A stretch of 39,409 nt of DNA from Octopus bimaculoides (taxonomy: Eukaryota), in the NCBI RefSeq assembly GCF_001194135.2, contig NC_068983.1, forward strand, positions 34,306,160 through 34,345,568. The letters run 5' to 3'. The notes under the pieces were generated by a model. It saw only the letters and a program-made list of their open reading frames with translations. It searched no databases and had not been told where the DNA came from. The stretch's first letter is position 1, and the number at the start of each line of letters is the position of its first letter. Below, piece after piece: positions 1 through 12,327 of this stretch. The translations under genes were made by a program, and so were the position numbers.

Positions 1-67
<67 letters not shown>
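1..67. repeat. Compound (AC)n(AT)n microsatellite
   Basis: Direct reading of the sequence. Confidence 0.98.
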
Positions 68-70
<3 letters not shown>

Positions 71-570
71 TTAATCAAATATATTCAATGAGAATACAAT
101 ATACTGAATTTCTAATAAGTGCATTTGGTAGGGAAATGTCTAAAACATTAAATGTATTTAGACATTTAATAAGAGCGATTATATATTATGTTATAAAATA
201 AGAGCAGGAAAATTACACCAAAAACCCTCACAGAAAATTTAATTCCGAAACAATATTGCATTAATAGATAGATGTATAAATATACAAAGTATGATTATTT
301 AAAAAGTTTAAGAGCTTAAAATATGTTACGATCGTTTCATGAATGTATTACTCTTCGAAATGGAATCTAAAATTGCTAATTATTATTAGGTAATACATTC
401 ACTCGTCAGAGAGAACACGGTGAATTTCCGTGTAGGCAATCGAATGCTATTGAAAAATATATGAAAAAGATGTTATTTAAATATGTTTAAAAAGTTACTG
501 ACGTGGATATCCGATGATACAACCTGGTGCTAAAAATTCTGAAAAAAATAATATACAGCCTGCTCCTATG

Positions 571-610
<40 letters not shown>

Positions 611-836
611 NNNNNNNNNNNNNNNNNNNNNNNNNNNNNNNNNNNNNNNNNNNNNNNNNNNNNNNNNNNNNNNNNNNNNNNNNNNNNNNNNNNNNNNNNN
701 NNNNNNNNNNNNNNNNNNNNNNNNNNNNNNNNNNNNNNNNNNNNNNNNNNNNNNNNNNNNNNNNNNNNNNNNNNNNNNNNNNNNNNNNNNNNNNNNNNNN
801 NNNNNNNNNNNNNNNNNNNNNNNNNNNNNNNNNNNN
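611..836. other. Assembly gap (N run) flanked by (AT)n
   Basis: N run. Other gaps at 12093-12173, 25948-26000 and 35641-36611 also abut AT/AC microsatellites. Confidence 0.99.
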
Positions 837-2368
837 ATATATATGTATGTATTTATATATATATGTATACAGTATATAGGACATATAGTGTATTTTTGTG
901 TACAAATAGCTGTTCGGCCGCTTCTGTATTGTCTTCACCGTTTAGTGCCGAGTTTAAGTTACTGCTATATTTAGTAGTAAATCTAATTTTGAAATACAGG
1001 GCAATCGTTGAGTAAATAAAGATAAACCCATTCTAGCATCATTAATTTCTACGTACGATTCACCATTATTGCTGCTTTGAACTCTGCATTGGGTGTTCGA
1101 CGTATATATGGATGTTTACTCTGAACGCATCGTCAGAAAACATATCATGGCATTATGTTTCAGAGAATTGCATATATAACAAATCGATTGTGCCAACAAT
1201 TTCATTTGAAAACCAGCACCGAGAGTTGCAGGATATTCAAGAATATGGTAGTATATCTTAGCCACTATTTTTATCTGGTCTACTCTGTCCCGGTCTCCTA
1301 GCTCCTATCAGGGTCCCGACTATGGATTAATCACGGAATGTCACGGAATTGCACTTGGAAACAAATCCCTTGCAGACACCAAACAGACCCAGGACAGGCA
1401 AGGATTTTCAGCTCTTCAGTTGCTCATCTAAACCAAGGTAACTCTAATCAGCTATTTCATCCTGGCAAATGTGCTCTTGGCACTTGTTGCACCAGACCAA
1501 ATCAAGTTTGAAGAATGCTAAAGTGAAACAGGTTTTACACTAGCTATAACTACAGCAATAATAAACAAACGCTGACTTATGGAGTAAGTTAATGAGTGTT
1601 TAAATAAGACTAAGAAAATAAACCTCTGCAGAAAATCCGGAGAGTGGAACCTAAATGCAGATATCTACGACTATATTTAACCAAAATCTAGCAACACCTG
1701 CATTCCATGGGACCTGCTAAATTATTGATCATATTTCTTTTGTTGCTTATCTATGAGTGGAGAGGTGATTAGTGTATTTGCTGCTAGGCACCGGCTTCTA
1801 GAGATAGCACCAACGTAGAGATGTAATAAAGCTGTTGTTCCTGCAATATCGATGACCAACTATGAAGAAAGGAAAACCTGTATAAAATGTTTGCAATGCC
1901 TTTTTGATTCCTTTGTGAGACGTACCGCCACTATACGCATGATTAGCGTATTGAGAATAGATGATTGCAGTTTGTATCTATAATTCGATATTCTGACATA
2001 CTGTTCCAACACAACTGAAGTTGCTTGACCTTAGGTACCAAAATATGTGCACTGGCACAGCGCAGAAACTATAAATGGTGATCTGACCTGGAAATTTATG
2101 TATTGATATTTTAGGCAAATCATATGGAAATGATTAAGTTCAATAGCATGAGATTTGTACACTGTCCAAGTTACCGCACAAACCGAATGGTTTCGCAAGA
2201 TGATATTAGTGTCAAATTAAAATTAGTGCTATCCTACACTCTATGACTCTATGTCGTAGTTTTTGAAAGCTACACTCGCCTTGCATGAGAGCACGTTGGC
2301 ATCAATATAGGCAAATGAGAATACTGTACTTCCAGAATATTCTGAATTATCCCCACTTATCACATTTA

Positions 2369-2470
2369 GACAAAGTCAGTTTCGGCGGAATTTGATCTCA
2401 GGACGTAAAGAGGAACGATATGCCCCAAAGCATTTTGCCTAGCGTGCTAACTATTCTAACAGCTCGCCGG
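2369..2470 (-). mobile_element. SINE 5' portion (octopus-type ggcgagctggcagaa family)
   Basis: Reverse complement reads ggcgagctgttagaatagttagcacgctaggcaaaatgct...tcaaattccgccgaaactgactttg, homologous to the copies at 15797, 34173 and 34398. Confidence 0.85.
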
Positions 2471-2519
2471 CTTTTTGTTTTTTATAAGAGTGTCTCCTAT
2501 CAAGTGTAAAAATGAATTT

Positions 2520-3430
2520 TTGTTGCCCTTCAGTGACTTGTTCTCCAATACTATTGCACAAAGGTGATTGTTTTATATCTAAGACAAATGTTCGTCGAAA
2601 CGTTTTGACATTTCATTGCAGACAATGCAAAACCAGTATAAAATGCCGATTAATAGCATTCGTATTTATAACAATGATATTTTGGCGTATGATTAAGTAA
2701 GTTAAAAATAAAACCAACCGTAAACATTTGATTCTGATAGTGTCTTTCCTACAATTACTGCATTTATATATAGGAAATGTGAACGAGCAAAACATTGCAG
2801 CAGTCCTGCTTCTTAAACATTTGCCTCTTTACTTAACCTTCTCCCACGCAAATTTTCTGAATTAATATCCTGTTGTGGCCTTTTTGGCTTTGTCCTTTAT
2901 CTCCTTCTGATCAATGAAATATCATTGAAATAGTCGATGAAATGTCCAGTGGTTAATCAATATCGACCCATCATGCTTGGCGTTTTGTAGGTAGATGCAT
3001 GATCACTTCTACAATAACCATATCAAGCAATTCGAATATAGTACTATTAGTCGATGAAACATATGCCACTCAATGCCAACGGTCCTCAGATGCTCTAATT
3101 TGCTTCATCATGGCATCCATTTTATAACATGGTGGATTAAACTTGCTTGGAGGTGAAGGCCATTGCTTTCAATGGAAGAAAACATGGTTGACAGAATAAG
3201 AAAATATTGCTTCTGCAGCTCACAAGCCCGCAAACTCATGCCCTCCGTTTCTTTCTCTTTTTCTTACACTCTCCATAACCATTGTCATACCGAGACCAAT
3301 TGAATCTAATGTAGCTTCACCTCCAACGAAAAGGCATTATTCCAAAATAAAAGAAATATAATTAACGTTTATTATTCTCTTCAAAATGAACAGTCAATAA
3401 ATTCAATGCGAAAGTAATGCAAGATTGAAC
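2520..3430 (-). pseudogene. Possible heavily decayed rhodopsin-like GPCR relic
   Basis: Fragments in different frames: ICL2-like CFLPLKAMAFTSKQV (~3095-3140) and TM7/helix-8-like IIVINTNAINRHFILVLHCLQ*NVKTFRRTF (~2585-2680). Many stops; chance match is possible in AT-rich DNA. Confidence 0.25.
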
Positions 3431-5199
3431 TGAAATGATTTCTTATCCAATGAATCTTAATCACTATATCGAATATTAAGTGGGTCAACAGAAATATGAT
3501 CGGTTCACTTCTATCTCCCGCTAACTGCTTCATTGATAAAAGAGAATTTTATTTGTGATCGAATACTGTGCAAGTTGAGTAAAACAGCTTAAATGAAATG
3601 TGGAAGACATTTTGGTGGTTAACATTTATAATGGCAATAAAGGAAGAAAAATGAGAGCGAATATTATTCTTTTGTATTATATTCTGAGTTATGGAACCCT
3701 CGTTTCAATCTTGCTCTAGATACACGAAACGAAAGCGAAGTGTTCAAGCGATAGCCATACAAATAATGAATTATGGGATTCACAGTAATATTAGAGATAA
3801 AGAGTTTTCATAAATAACTTGTAAGTTTTTGGCATCTGTACGAATACATGTAAATAAATTGATGTATATGTTTAATGGTGTCAGTAGATGAATGTTACAT
3901 GGAAAGCATCACCTTTAAGCTTTCGTCAAAATTCAAACGGGGATATTCCCCACTAATGTCATATTCGTAGTGAATAACAAATGAGTCGAAAATCAACGTT
4001 TACATTCTTTAGGTGACAAATAGTTTCAATATAAATTTTTCATCTTCGATTTCTTTCGTGATTAATTGCCTATTTCTTATAAATATTGATTGTTCGGTAA
4101 TTCTTTATCATTTATTACTTCAATTTATTTATTTCATGTGAAGCTTCAGGGTGAAAGTTTCCAATATTCAGGTCGAAATGTCGAATTCCCGTCTTCTGTC
4201 TTTGTCAAATGGAAATAATAGAATTGCCATTGAAACACACTAACCCGAAACATCGCCTTTGCATGAATATTCATAAAACATCAAAGCTGTCTGCAAGCAG
4301 ATCTAAACTAAAAGGTGACGAAAATGGCTGAATGCTGACCATTGATTAAAAAAAAAAGTAATGATAAATGATTTAGTATTTCCCTTTATATATCGTTAAC
4401 CAGCTCGGTGAATAAATCATTAACTATATTTCTTTGATAGAAGAAATATTTCATAATTCACCAAACATTGCTTTTAATAAACTTTTGTTCGTGATCTGTA
4501 GTGATGGCTGTTGTGTTAGTATAGAATTTAATTATAATGTCAAATTTATGTTTCGTTTCCCCGTACTATAACAACGATTCATTTATTTTCTATTATTATT
4601 ATTATAAGGGATTGACAGAACAGGTTTGATTATAAAAATGTAAATGACATTGACGTGAAACTCAAAATATTTATGTCAAAAATGCGAGCTTTATTACTTA
4701 AGTTTGTCCTAGACAAAACAGCCAACACACGCGAAAACATTATATCTCGACATAGTAGAGTCATTGTGAGACAAAATGTAAAGGTCTCACATCACTTAAA
4801 TATAAACATAATGACAAGTAGAAGTCCAACCATAAAAAGGCAATTTTATAAATAAAAAATACAACCCAGACGCTTTCATGAAAAAGAAAGGGAAACCAGG
4901 GCAGTTGCAAAAATAAAACCGAAACCCACGGCCGTTTACAAATTTGCTAGAGTATCTGCTTCTGTACGCTACAAGGTAGGACACTGTTTCAAAGACGACG
5001 CTGACCCCATGAAGTTAAGCGAAATATTCAGTAAACATTTCTAAAATGTTTTCACTTCTCCACTTATAAGTATACAAATATGCAAGACAGATGAGTTCTT
5101 CAACTTCGCAAATCTACACAGGGAAGAGACAGCCATCGATTACATCCATCTAAAATAAAATGTAATATTGACCATTTGAATGGAATTCGTACTCAGCGG

Positions 5200-5700
5200 G
5201 GTGCCTAACGGTTTTCCAGCTATTCTTTTATGAACATACAAGCTCTTATAAACTACTGCAATACTTTACCACAGTGGCCTAGGCGTCGACAACGACTATC
5301 ATAGTTGATATGTCATAATTTGCTTGATCTTGGTATCGTCAGAGAAGAAGCAGAATGGTGCATGACTTGTTGCTTTTGGAAGATATATAAGATATATCAA
5401 ATAGTCGCATCCAGCTCTGTTGGGACAGCTAATGTTCGTAGGGGCTTTCTCAGATATGCGCTCAGTCATTCAGAGAGTCGACCTCAATAGGTATACAGAT
5501 AATACAAAAGTATCTGAAGCAGTCAAGGACCTGGAAGTGAGCTGAAATAGGCAATATACAATTCAATGCAACGACGTTTCAAGTATTCTTATGTACATCC
5601 ACGAACATATAGCAGTCAGAGTTACAAAGGACCAAGGTGCATTTTGGATTAAGAGTCAGCATCGCTATATGTCCTGGGAATATGCATGAGTGATGATATT
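5200..5700 (+). mobile_element. CR1/L2-type LINE reverse transcriptase remnant
   Basis: ICHNLLDLGIVREEAEW, then in another frame LLGQLMFVGAFSDMRSVIQRVDLNRYTDNTKVSEAV (decayed QGxVLGP...YADDTK), then a QFNATTFQV-like stretch. Confidence 0.75.
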
Positions 5701-5717
5701 CGTTCCTTTTGGGGGGG

Positions 5718-6128
5718 GACAAACGAGAGTGCCTAATATTCGAAGTCGCAGTGATAGATCAACGTATCATGAAAGAAAGAGAAAAGGTCGGCAAATATGG
5801 GGACCTAAAAATTGAGATCAGTAAGATGTGGTAGCTTCTAGAATCAAACATAAAGTTTGTTCCTGTTGTCATCGGAGCATTGAGTGCAATATCTCCCAAC
5901 CTGAAGAAACATCTGAGCACTTGAGAAATATCCCTCCAATCTTGGTGTATTGCGAAAATCGGCTTTACTTGGAACTGTACGCAAACTTCGTTAAGCACGA
6001 TTTATCTGAAGTCCTTGTTGTGACTTGGCAGAAAGTACAAAGCCCCGGTTAACACAATATCTTCAATCAACATCACAATATTGAATACTATGTGACATCT
6101 TAAACAACAACAACAACAATAATAATAA
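5718..6128 (+). mobile_element. R4/Dong-like (RLE endonuclease) LINE 3' end with (CAA)n(TAA)n tail
   Basis: DKRECLIFEVAV...KEREKVGKYGDLKIEISKMW*LLESNIKFVPVVIGALSAISPNLKKHL...KSALLGT matches the RLE C-terminus; simple-repeat tail at 6103-6128. Confidence 0.85.
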
Positions 6129-7415
6129 AGCAGTTACTGTCAGGAGGAATTGCAGAAGAACTGTATAAATTTCTTGATGAGAACGATATATCACCGACGG
6201 AATAATAAGGCTGTAGAAGGAGAGGCAGATACCAAGGATTAACTGTTGACAGACAAAAGGGCAATGCAAGATTGTAAACGAAGGAGAACAAATCTGGAGG
6301 TGGCCTGGATTCATGATTCCACATTTGTGGATCATCGAGTCCATAGATCTGTTTGGAATTGCGAGGAATGTAACGAGTTTCCTGAAGAGAACTATGGTTG
6401 GATGGAAACTGAACTGACATCTTACGGAAAAAGCTTGGGCACCCTAGGTATAAGGAGAGGGATTTTCCAGGGTAATACCTATCTCTGTTCCATTTTGTTC
6501 TCTGACCTTGGTACTCAGGAAAATGAACCTGGGGTACCAACTAAATGAAAATCCAAACAATCAACCACCTCTTCTTCATGGGAGATTAGAGACTGTATGA
6601 CAAAGATGAGACACAAATGAGTTCCTTGGTAAACACGGTCCATTGTTTTAGTACTGATACTAGAATGGAATTTGGACTCAAGAAGTGCGGAATAGTCTAA
6701 CATGAGGCAAGGTACCGTCCCTAGCATGGATAGAATTGCCGAATAAAGACTTGATTAAACAAATTCAAACGGAAGTACATAAATACCTTTGTTTATTAGA
6801 GTTCAATGAGATAATGTTAAAGGAAATGTCAGAGCAACTGAGGATGGAGTATTTCCGAAATTTGAGGTTGGTATTGGGCCCAAAATTGACTGGATTGAAT
6901 AAAATCTAAGTAGTTAATACGTGGGCGATAGCATCACTTCGGTATGAAGCGAGAATTATAAAATGGCAAAAAAAGAGAAGTGAAGAAAATGGATACCAAG
7001 ACCAGAAAAATGTTGACAGTACACGGAGACATCCACCCTAAGAGTGACACCGATAGTCTGTACTAGCCCAGAAGAAAAGGCGGGAAAGATTTGATCAGTT
7101 GGCAGGACATTGACGGAGAAGAGACAAAAACGACTTACGGTGGTATATAAAAAAATATCGTGGAACCACTGTTGAAACACCAGTAGAATTTCGTTGTCAT
7201 CAAAACTGAAAATTGTTAACTAAAGAAAAATCTAAAGAACAGATGAACAAATTGAAAGAAAAAGAATGGGAGGAAGAAACACACGGTTATTTTGCAAGAG
7301 GTGTGAACGCCAAAACAGATACAGAGGACTGGTGGCTCTGAATAAAGAGGAATGTCCTGATGATAGAGACAAGAACACTCATATGCGTATCTCAGGAAGA
7401 AGCGTTAAGGAACAA
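6129..7415 (+). mobile_element. R4/Dong-like LINE reverse transcriptase region, degenerate
   Basis: DKRAMQDCKRRRTNLEVAWI, WKTELTSYGKSLGTLGIRRGIFQG, INHLFFMGD*RLY (YxDD box, ~6570-6598), MEFGLKKCG, DTKTRKMLTVHGDIHPKSDTDSLY. Multiple stops and frameshifts. Confidence 0.9.
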
Positions 7416-8132
7416 CTATATAAAGAGCAGTTTTGTCCGATGAACGGGAACGTGAAACTCAGAGTAACAGTCTTTTGTTATATTTCTGCTGCTTTTAAAT
7501 AAAGTATATATATATATTATAAGGAGAAAATAGAGATTTCTAACTAATAAAATTCAGTTTATTTACATTTTGTCAAAAATCCTCTGTCAACTCAAATTGT
7601 TTCCCGAGCTAACTCAATCAATTTACAAATCAGTAAAATACATAAAAACATACACTCCCATATATATCTGAATATTTATACGAAAGAAATGTGGGTTAAA
7701 GAGACGGTACAAAGTTGACATCCATTATCTTGAGACCGAACATCTTAGTTCATCGTATTGAACAGTTTATTTCGTGAGATTGGGCTAAATTAAATAGGAA
7801 CTACTTCAAGCCATGGTGGAATGTGTTTCAAATGTATTAATTTACCAAAAGTATGCATATATAAATTATATTAAACTACTGGGACATCTACATCTTACTG
7901 CAGTTACATATTTCATGAGATTCTGTACATAAACTTAGATACATTTGGTGTAAAATTTACGATAAATAGCAGTCTTTCATGTGTTGTGAACATAAGTCCA
8001 ACGAAGCGTCTGAAAACAATGAGGCGACAGTCATTTTAGGCAACTAGAAATGTCTTGTATTACCAATGTAGTATGAATACCTTGAGTGTTCTACAATAAC
8101 GATATTAAAGTGGCATATTTTTAAGTGCATAG

Positions 8133-8195
8133 GAAGGGATACTGTAAAGTTCCTGGCTTTGAGTAAAAGAAAATACAGGAGTATCTGTTAATTAT
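8133..8195. mobile_element. Mariner-like element terminal fragment
   Basis: gaagggatactgtaaagttcctggctttgagtaaaagaaaatacaggag resembles a mariner-type TIR end as I recall it; no partner TIR found. Confidence 0.45.
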
Positions 8196-8640
8196 GAAAG
8201 GGAAATCTCATTATGAATCATTCTTTATCTTTACAGTATATACGCATCGACTACACACTTCTACATTCGCTTATAATTGGGTGGGTTTGAATGTACATGT
8301 ATATGAATACTTCTGAAGAGATAAATAAATGTAAATTGGTAAATATGAGCACTTACAATTACCTATTGATTTTACCGTTGAGAAAGTGCGTACATTTGTG
8401 TGTGAGCGCGTCTGCACAGGCGCGGCTGCGTATATATAGATGAAGAAACGAATTAGAAAATAAAAAAGTTACTTAGATCTGTGAAGTGTTATATGTATAT
8501 GGCTTAAATCGCTTGTATTTACACATGTTAAATATGTACAAGTGTTTGCATATTAAATTTAAACTATGAACATATGGGTGTTATACCTATGCGTATGTAT
8601 TTGCATGTGTAGAAATGCATATACGCGCGCGCCCGTGTGT

Positions 8641-9180
8641 AATCCGAAGTGTACAATATTATATATCCATTATGGCCAATCTTACCAATCGGTTTTGTGT
8701 AGGGATTCAACGGAGTGTAAGATAGTAATCTGATTACGTAACGCGCTCATCAGAGTTAGCCGTTATAGAATGTAATATGGTGACTATTCTCTATTGTTGC
8801 AGGTGAATAGACATATACGGTTCCCATTTCCTGCTGAATGCCAACATTAAGGACACATACATTTCCCACAAATATTTCCAGAAAACTCTTACCAAGATTG
8901 CAACATACCCACCCTAGTGGCGATCATTTGATATTAAGGGTCATAAATCTTAATTCAATAGTTTCGTTTTATCATCTTGTTAATTGCAACCACAAACCGG
9001 ATGTGTCTATTCACCTTCAACAATAGAGAGCGTTCACCATATTTCATTCCATAACGGCCACCTCTGATGAGCGGAGGGTTATATAGTCGGATTGTTACCG
9101 AATACCACGTTGTGCCCCTAGCGTGAAAGCGATTGGTAAGTTCGTCCATAATCGACATATGATACTGTTCACGTCGGATA
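8641..9180. repeat. Long imperfect inverted repeat (arms ~8641-8822 and ~8995-9180, ~172-bp spacer)
   Basis: Inner 34 bp match 31/34 (ctctattgttgcaggtgaatagacatatacggtt vs rc of aaccggatgtgtctattcaccttcaacaatagag). Similarity continues through cgctcatcagag...gccgttat and gattggtaag...ccataat to the outer ends. Confidence 0.85.
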
Positions 9181-9271
9181 ATCCACCCACTCTATTGATA
9201 CATGTACGAGTGATTTTTTCCTGACTTATGAACTCTTAGAGGACTTACGCACACACACACACACACACAGA

Positions 9272-9304
<33 letters not shown>

Positions 9305-9427
9305 ACACAAACACACACGTACACGTATGCATATACATATATATGATTTCGTGATTACAATGGCGATCCTCTAACATGGCCACACCTTTTCCGTTGAAAT
9401 GTATAAAAAATAAAAGAATAAAAAAGT

Positions 9428-9485
<58 letters not shown>

Positions 9486-9486
<1 letters not shown>

Positions 9487-9715
9487 GTGCATCGATACTA
9501 CTTCAAAACAATTGAGGGCATCCAACAGAAGTATTTAGGAAACCTCCAGGACATCGATTGGATAACTCACACCCTTGACTCGGAGGGTTTAGAAAGAGTC
9601 AATGCAAAGCCCAATGAGTCCATCCAACGTCACTATATGAGCTGTGTTGGTCATGTGAGTCTTGATGCCAGAATTCCAAATCTAATGTTGTATAATGAAG
9701 TTTCGCAAAGCTCTT
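9486..9715 (+). mobile_element. RTE-like LINE 3' coding remnant
   Basis: YFKTIEGIQQKYLGNLQDIDW...EGLERVN...SIQRHYMSCVGHVSLDARIPNLMLYNEV resembles the RTE C-terminus (LERFHQRCLR..I.W...EVLER...LRWAGHV..RIPKQLLYGEL). Confidence 0.65.
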
Positions 9716-10257
9716 GACCGCAACATGCACAATGTATGTACGTATTTTATCTTTATAATTGTGATGAGCACTCTTATTCTATCTCTTTTCTGTCTATCAT
9801 CTCCCTCTCTTGTTTTTCTTCCTTTCTGTCTTTCTCTCTCACCCTTTCCGAATTCTTCTCCTCTCTCCTTCACAGCCCCCCCCCTCTCTCACTCTTCCTC
9901 CTTGACTCTCGTTGCTCACACGTGACCAATGGCAGTTGTTTCTTTCTTCCACTTCCTTCCTAAAGCCGTTTTTCCAAGCGTTCACCTTTTCAGATGGACT
10001 TGGCTTAACAGTTCTTACCGTTTGTTTTTACTGTTTTGTTCTCACTATCCTGCTTTTGTTACCACTTTCACCCTCCGCAAAAAATCCCAAATTTTATTTA
10101 ATTTGCTTTGCGGGAAGGACTGTTTTAATTAAGTCGCGCTTGTCCTTATCTTCGAAACGCGGAGTAGATAAAACAGGAAACGACTAGTATGTATGTATGT
10201 ATGTATGTATGTATGTATGTATGTATGTATATATTTATGTGTGTATGTATGTACGTA

Positions 10258-11154
10258 TGGCATTATTCAGCTTGATTTCAAGATTTCGTGTCAACAAAGA
10301 GCCGGTTTCTAACCTAGACCCAAGGCTCATTCATTGGAATTTCAACAACGCGAACGGGGTATTTTTGTATGTATGTATGTATGTATGTATGTATACGTGC
10401 AGATCTGTATGTTTTGTTTTATGTATGTCTTCTTATGCATATACTTACATATCTAGACATGCTCATATATTCTTCAATGATAAATTTCTGAAAAGTTTTA
10501 CAAGTTTTTGCAGTTCCAGTGCTGGTTTGGTTCAGTAGTCTTCGAATTAGCTTTTTCCTTCCTGCTTTTGAGAAGCCTAATTTCTCATGATTATTATTTA
10601 AGTAATGTATTACACATCGCAGTGCCCCAATAATTAGAGGTATAAACCTGAACTTGTAATCTGGGTAGAGTAACTTCAGAGTTCTCAATAGTTCATTGAT
10701 CTTCAGCTTTATGTTAACATCCGCTGGGCACCTGGTTTCCGCAGCTGTACACAATTTCTCTTCTATTTCCCAAATTAATACGTCACATAAAATGTTTACA
10801 TTTTATTGAGGTTTTCACTGGGACATTCAGCCGGTACACCTATTTATTAAGAGTGACTTCTTCCATACTGCTTCTTATGGCTTCATCCATACTATGAGTT
10901 CTTATTTCTTTGTCTTCGGGCTCATCCTTCCTACAGATTTCATTATGTAGTGTCCTAGCTACAATGTCATGTCTCATCTGTAGATAATAGTGTGATGACG
11001 TCTTCAGACTACTGCTTATGATGTGGGTGATATCTTTGGTGTTAGCTCCAAAAGGTCTGCATCGGTTGTCACATTTTACTGCCTTCCAAGTCTTATGATA
11101 TTATCAGCTTCCTTCATGTATGCAAACTGCAAACCTGGCCAAGGGAAGCACTTT
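10258..11154 (-). mobile_element. 5'-truncated RLE-type non-LTR retrotransposon embedded in (CATA)n
   Basis: Minus strand: KCDNRCR...DITHIISS (CCHC finger), RHDIVARTLHNEIC, VPVKTSIKCKH, RCPADVNIKLKI...LLYPDYKFRFIPLIIGAL...KTCKTFQKFII, then a 3' UTR. (TATG)n tracts at 10187-10257 and 11155-11301. Confidence 0.85.
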
Positions 11155-12273
11155 GTATGTATGTATGCATGTATGTATGTATGTATGCATGAATGTATGC
11201 ATGTATGTATGTATGTATGTATGCATGCATGTATGTATGTATGTACGTAAGCATGCATGTATGTATGTATGTACGTAAGCATGCATGTATGTATGTATGT
11301 ATCTAAATATGTGTGTTTGAGAACATTCTTGCGATTAATTGTTTATTTCTATGAAGATATGAATCTCGTCGGATGTAATAAAACATTCTTCTTTTGATTC
11401 TGGTCGCAAAACACATCAACAGTGACCTGGCAGGACAAGTGTATCAAAGCGATACATTCAGTCACTTCATTTATAGAAAGCAACAGGTGTTTTGAAGAGA
11501 ACATGTAAACTCAGTGGTCAAGTTTGAAAGGACCTAAATACCTTAATATTATGCGTACCTACGCGATTTAAAAGGTGAAGATTGTACTAATTATAGGGGT
11601 TTATCTGCACATTAGGTTTTACGAACTTCTGAAATAGGAATTCGCTTATATGATATGAAGAATAATCAACATATTATACATGATTAAACCAATACCTCCT
11701 GACTGAACATATTAGTGAAAATATGAATTTGCTGAAACGATTGTGAAATAGGTAATAAAAATGATATCTCGAATCCCATTCATTGATATTTATCACACAC
11801 ACATACATAAACACACACTCAGTGACACACACGTATGTATGTATGTATGTATGTATGTATTATATTAACTTTTCACGGCATAGATATAATTCTTAATTCT
11901 CAGTGAATATCTAATTGTATGAAATAAAGTAATTCTGTGTGCATCCCCAGCAGTGCTATATACGTTTCTGCCATCTTGGTGTCTCACTATATCCACTTTC
12001 TTCTCCTCACCCTCTCTCTGTCTTTCCGTCTCTCTTCCTCTCTCGTTCTCTCTCTATACGTATTCATATATATATATATATATATATATATANNNNNNNN
12101 NNNNNNNNNNNNNNNNNNNNNNNNNNNNNNNNNNNNNNNNNNNNNNNNNNNNNNNNNNNNNNNNNNNNNNNNNATGTATATACATAAATATATATATTTA
12201 TATACATATATGTATATATATATATATATCATATGCATGTATGTGTGTATGTATATATATATATGTATATATG

Positions 12274-12327
<54 letters not shown>

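Noticed and set aside
495-1015. ORFs spanning N gaps and YI/CV/HT/MYVC repeats (also 11937-12477, 25694-26414, 26627-27161, 33575-34013, 39048-39360)
   Set aside because: They are translations of microsatellites and gaps, not genes.
1090-1150. Minus-strand CTGACGA near 1131-1137
   Set aside because: GAAA is incomplete and the stems are weak; likely chance.
1600-2340. Long low-stop minus-strand frame with LNTLI and AIE motifs
   Set aside because: It could be another GPCR relic, but TM6 and TM7 are not recognisable; too weak to list.
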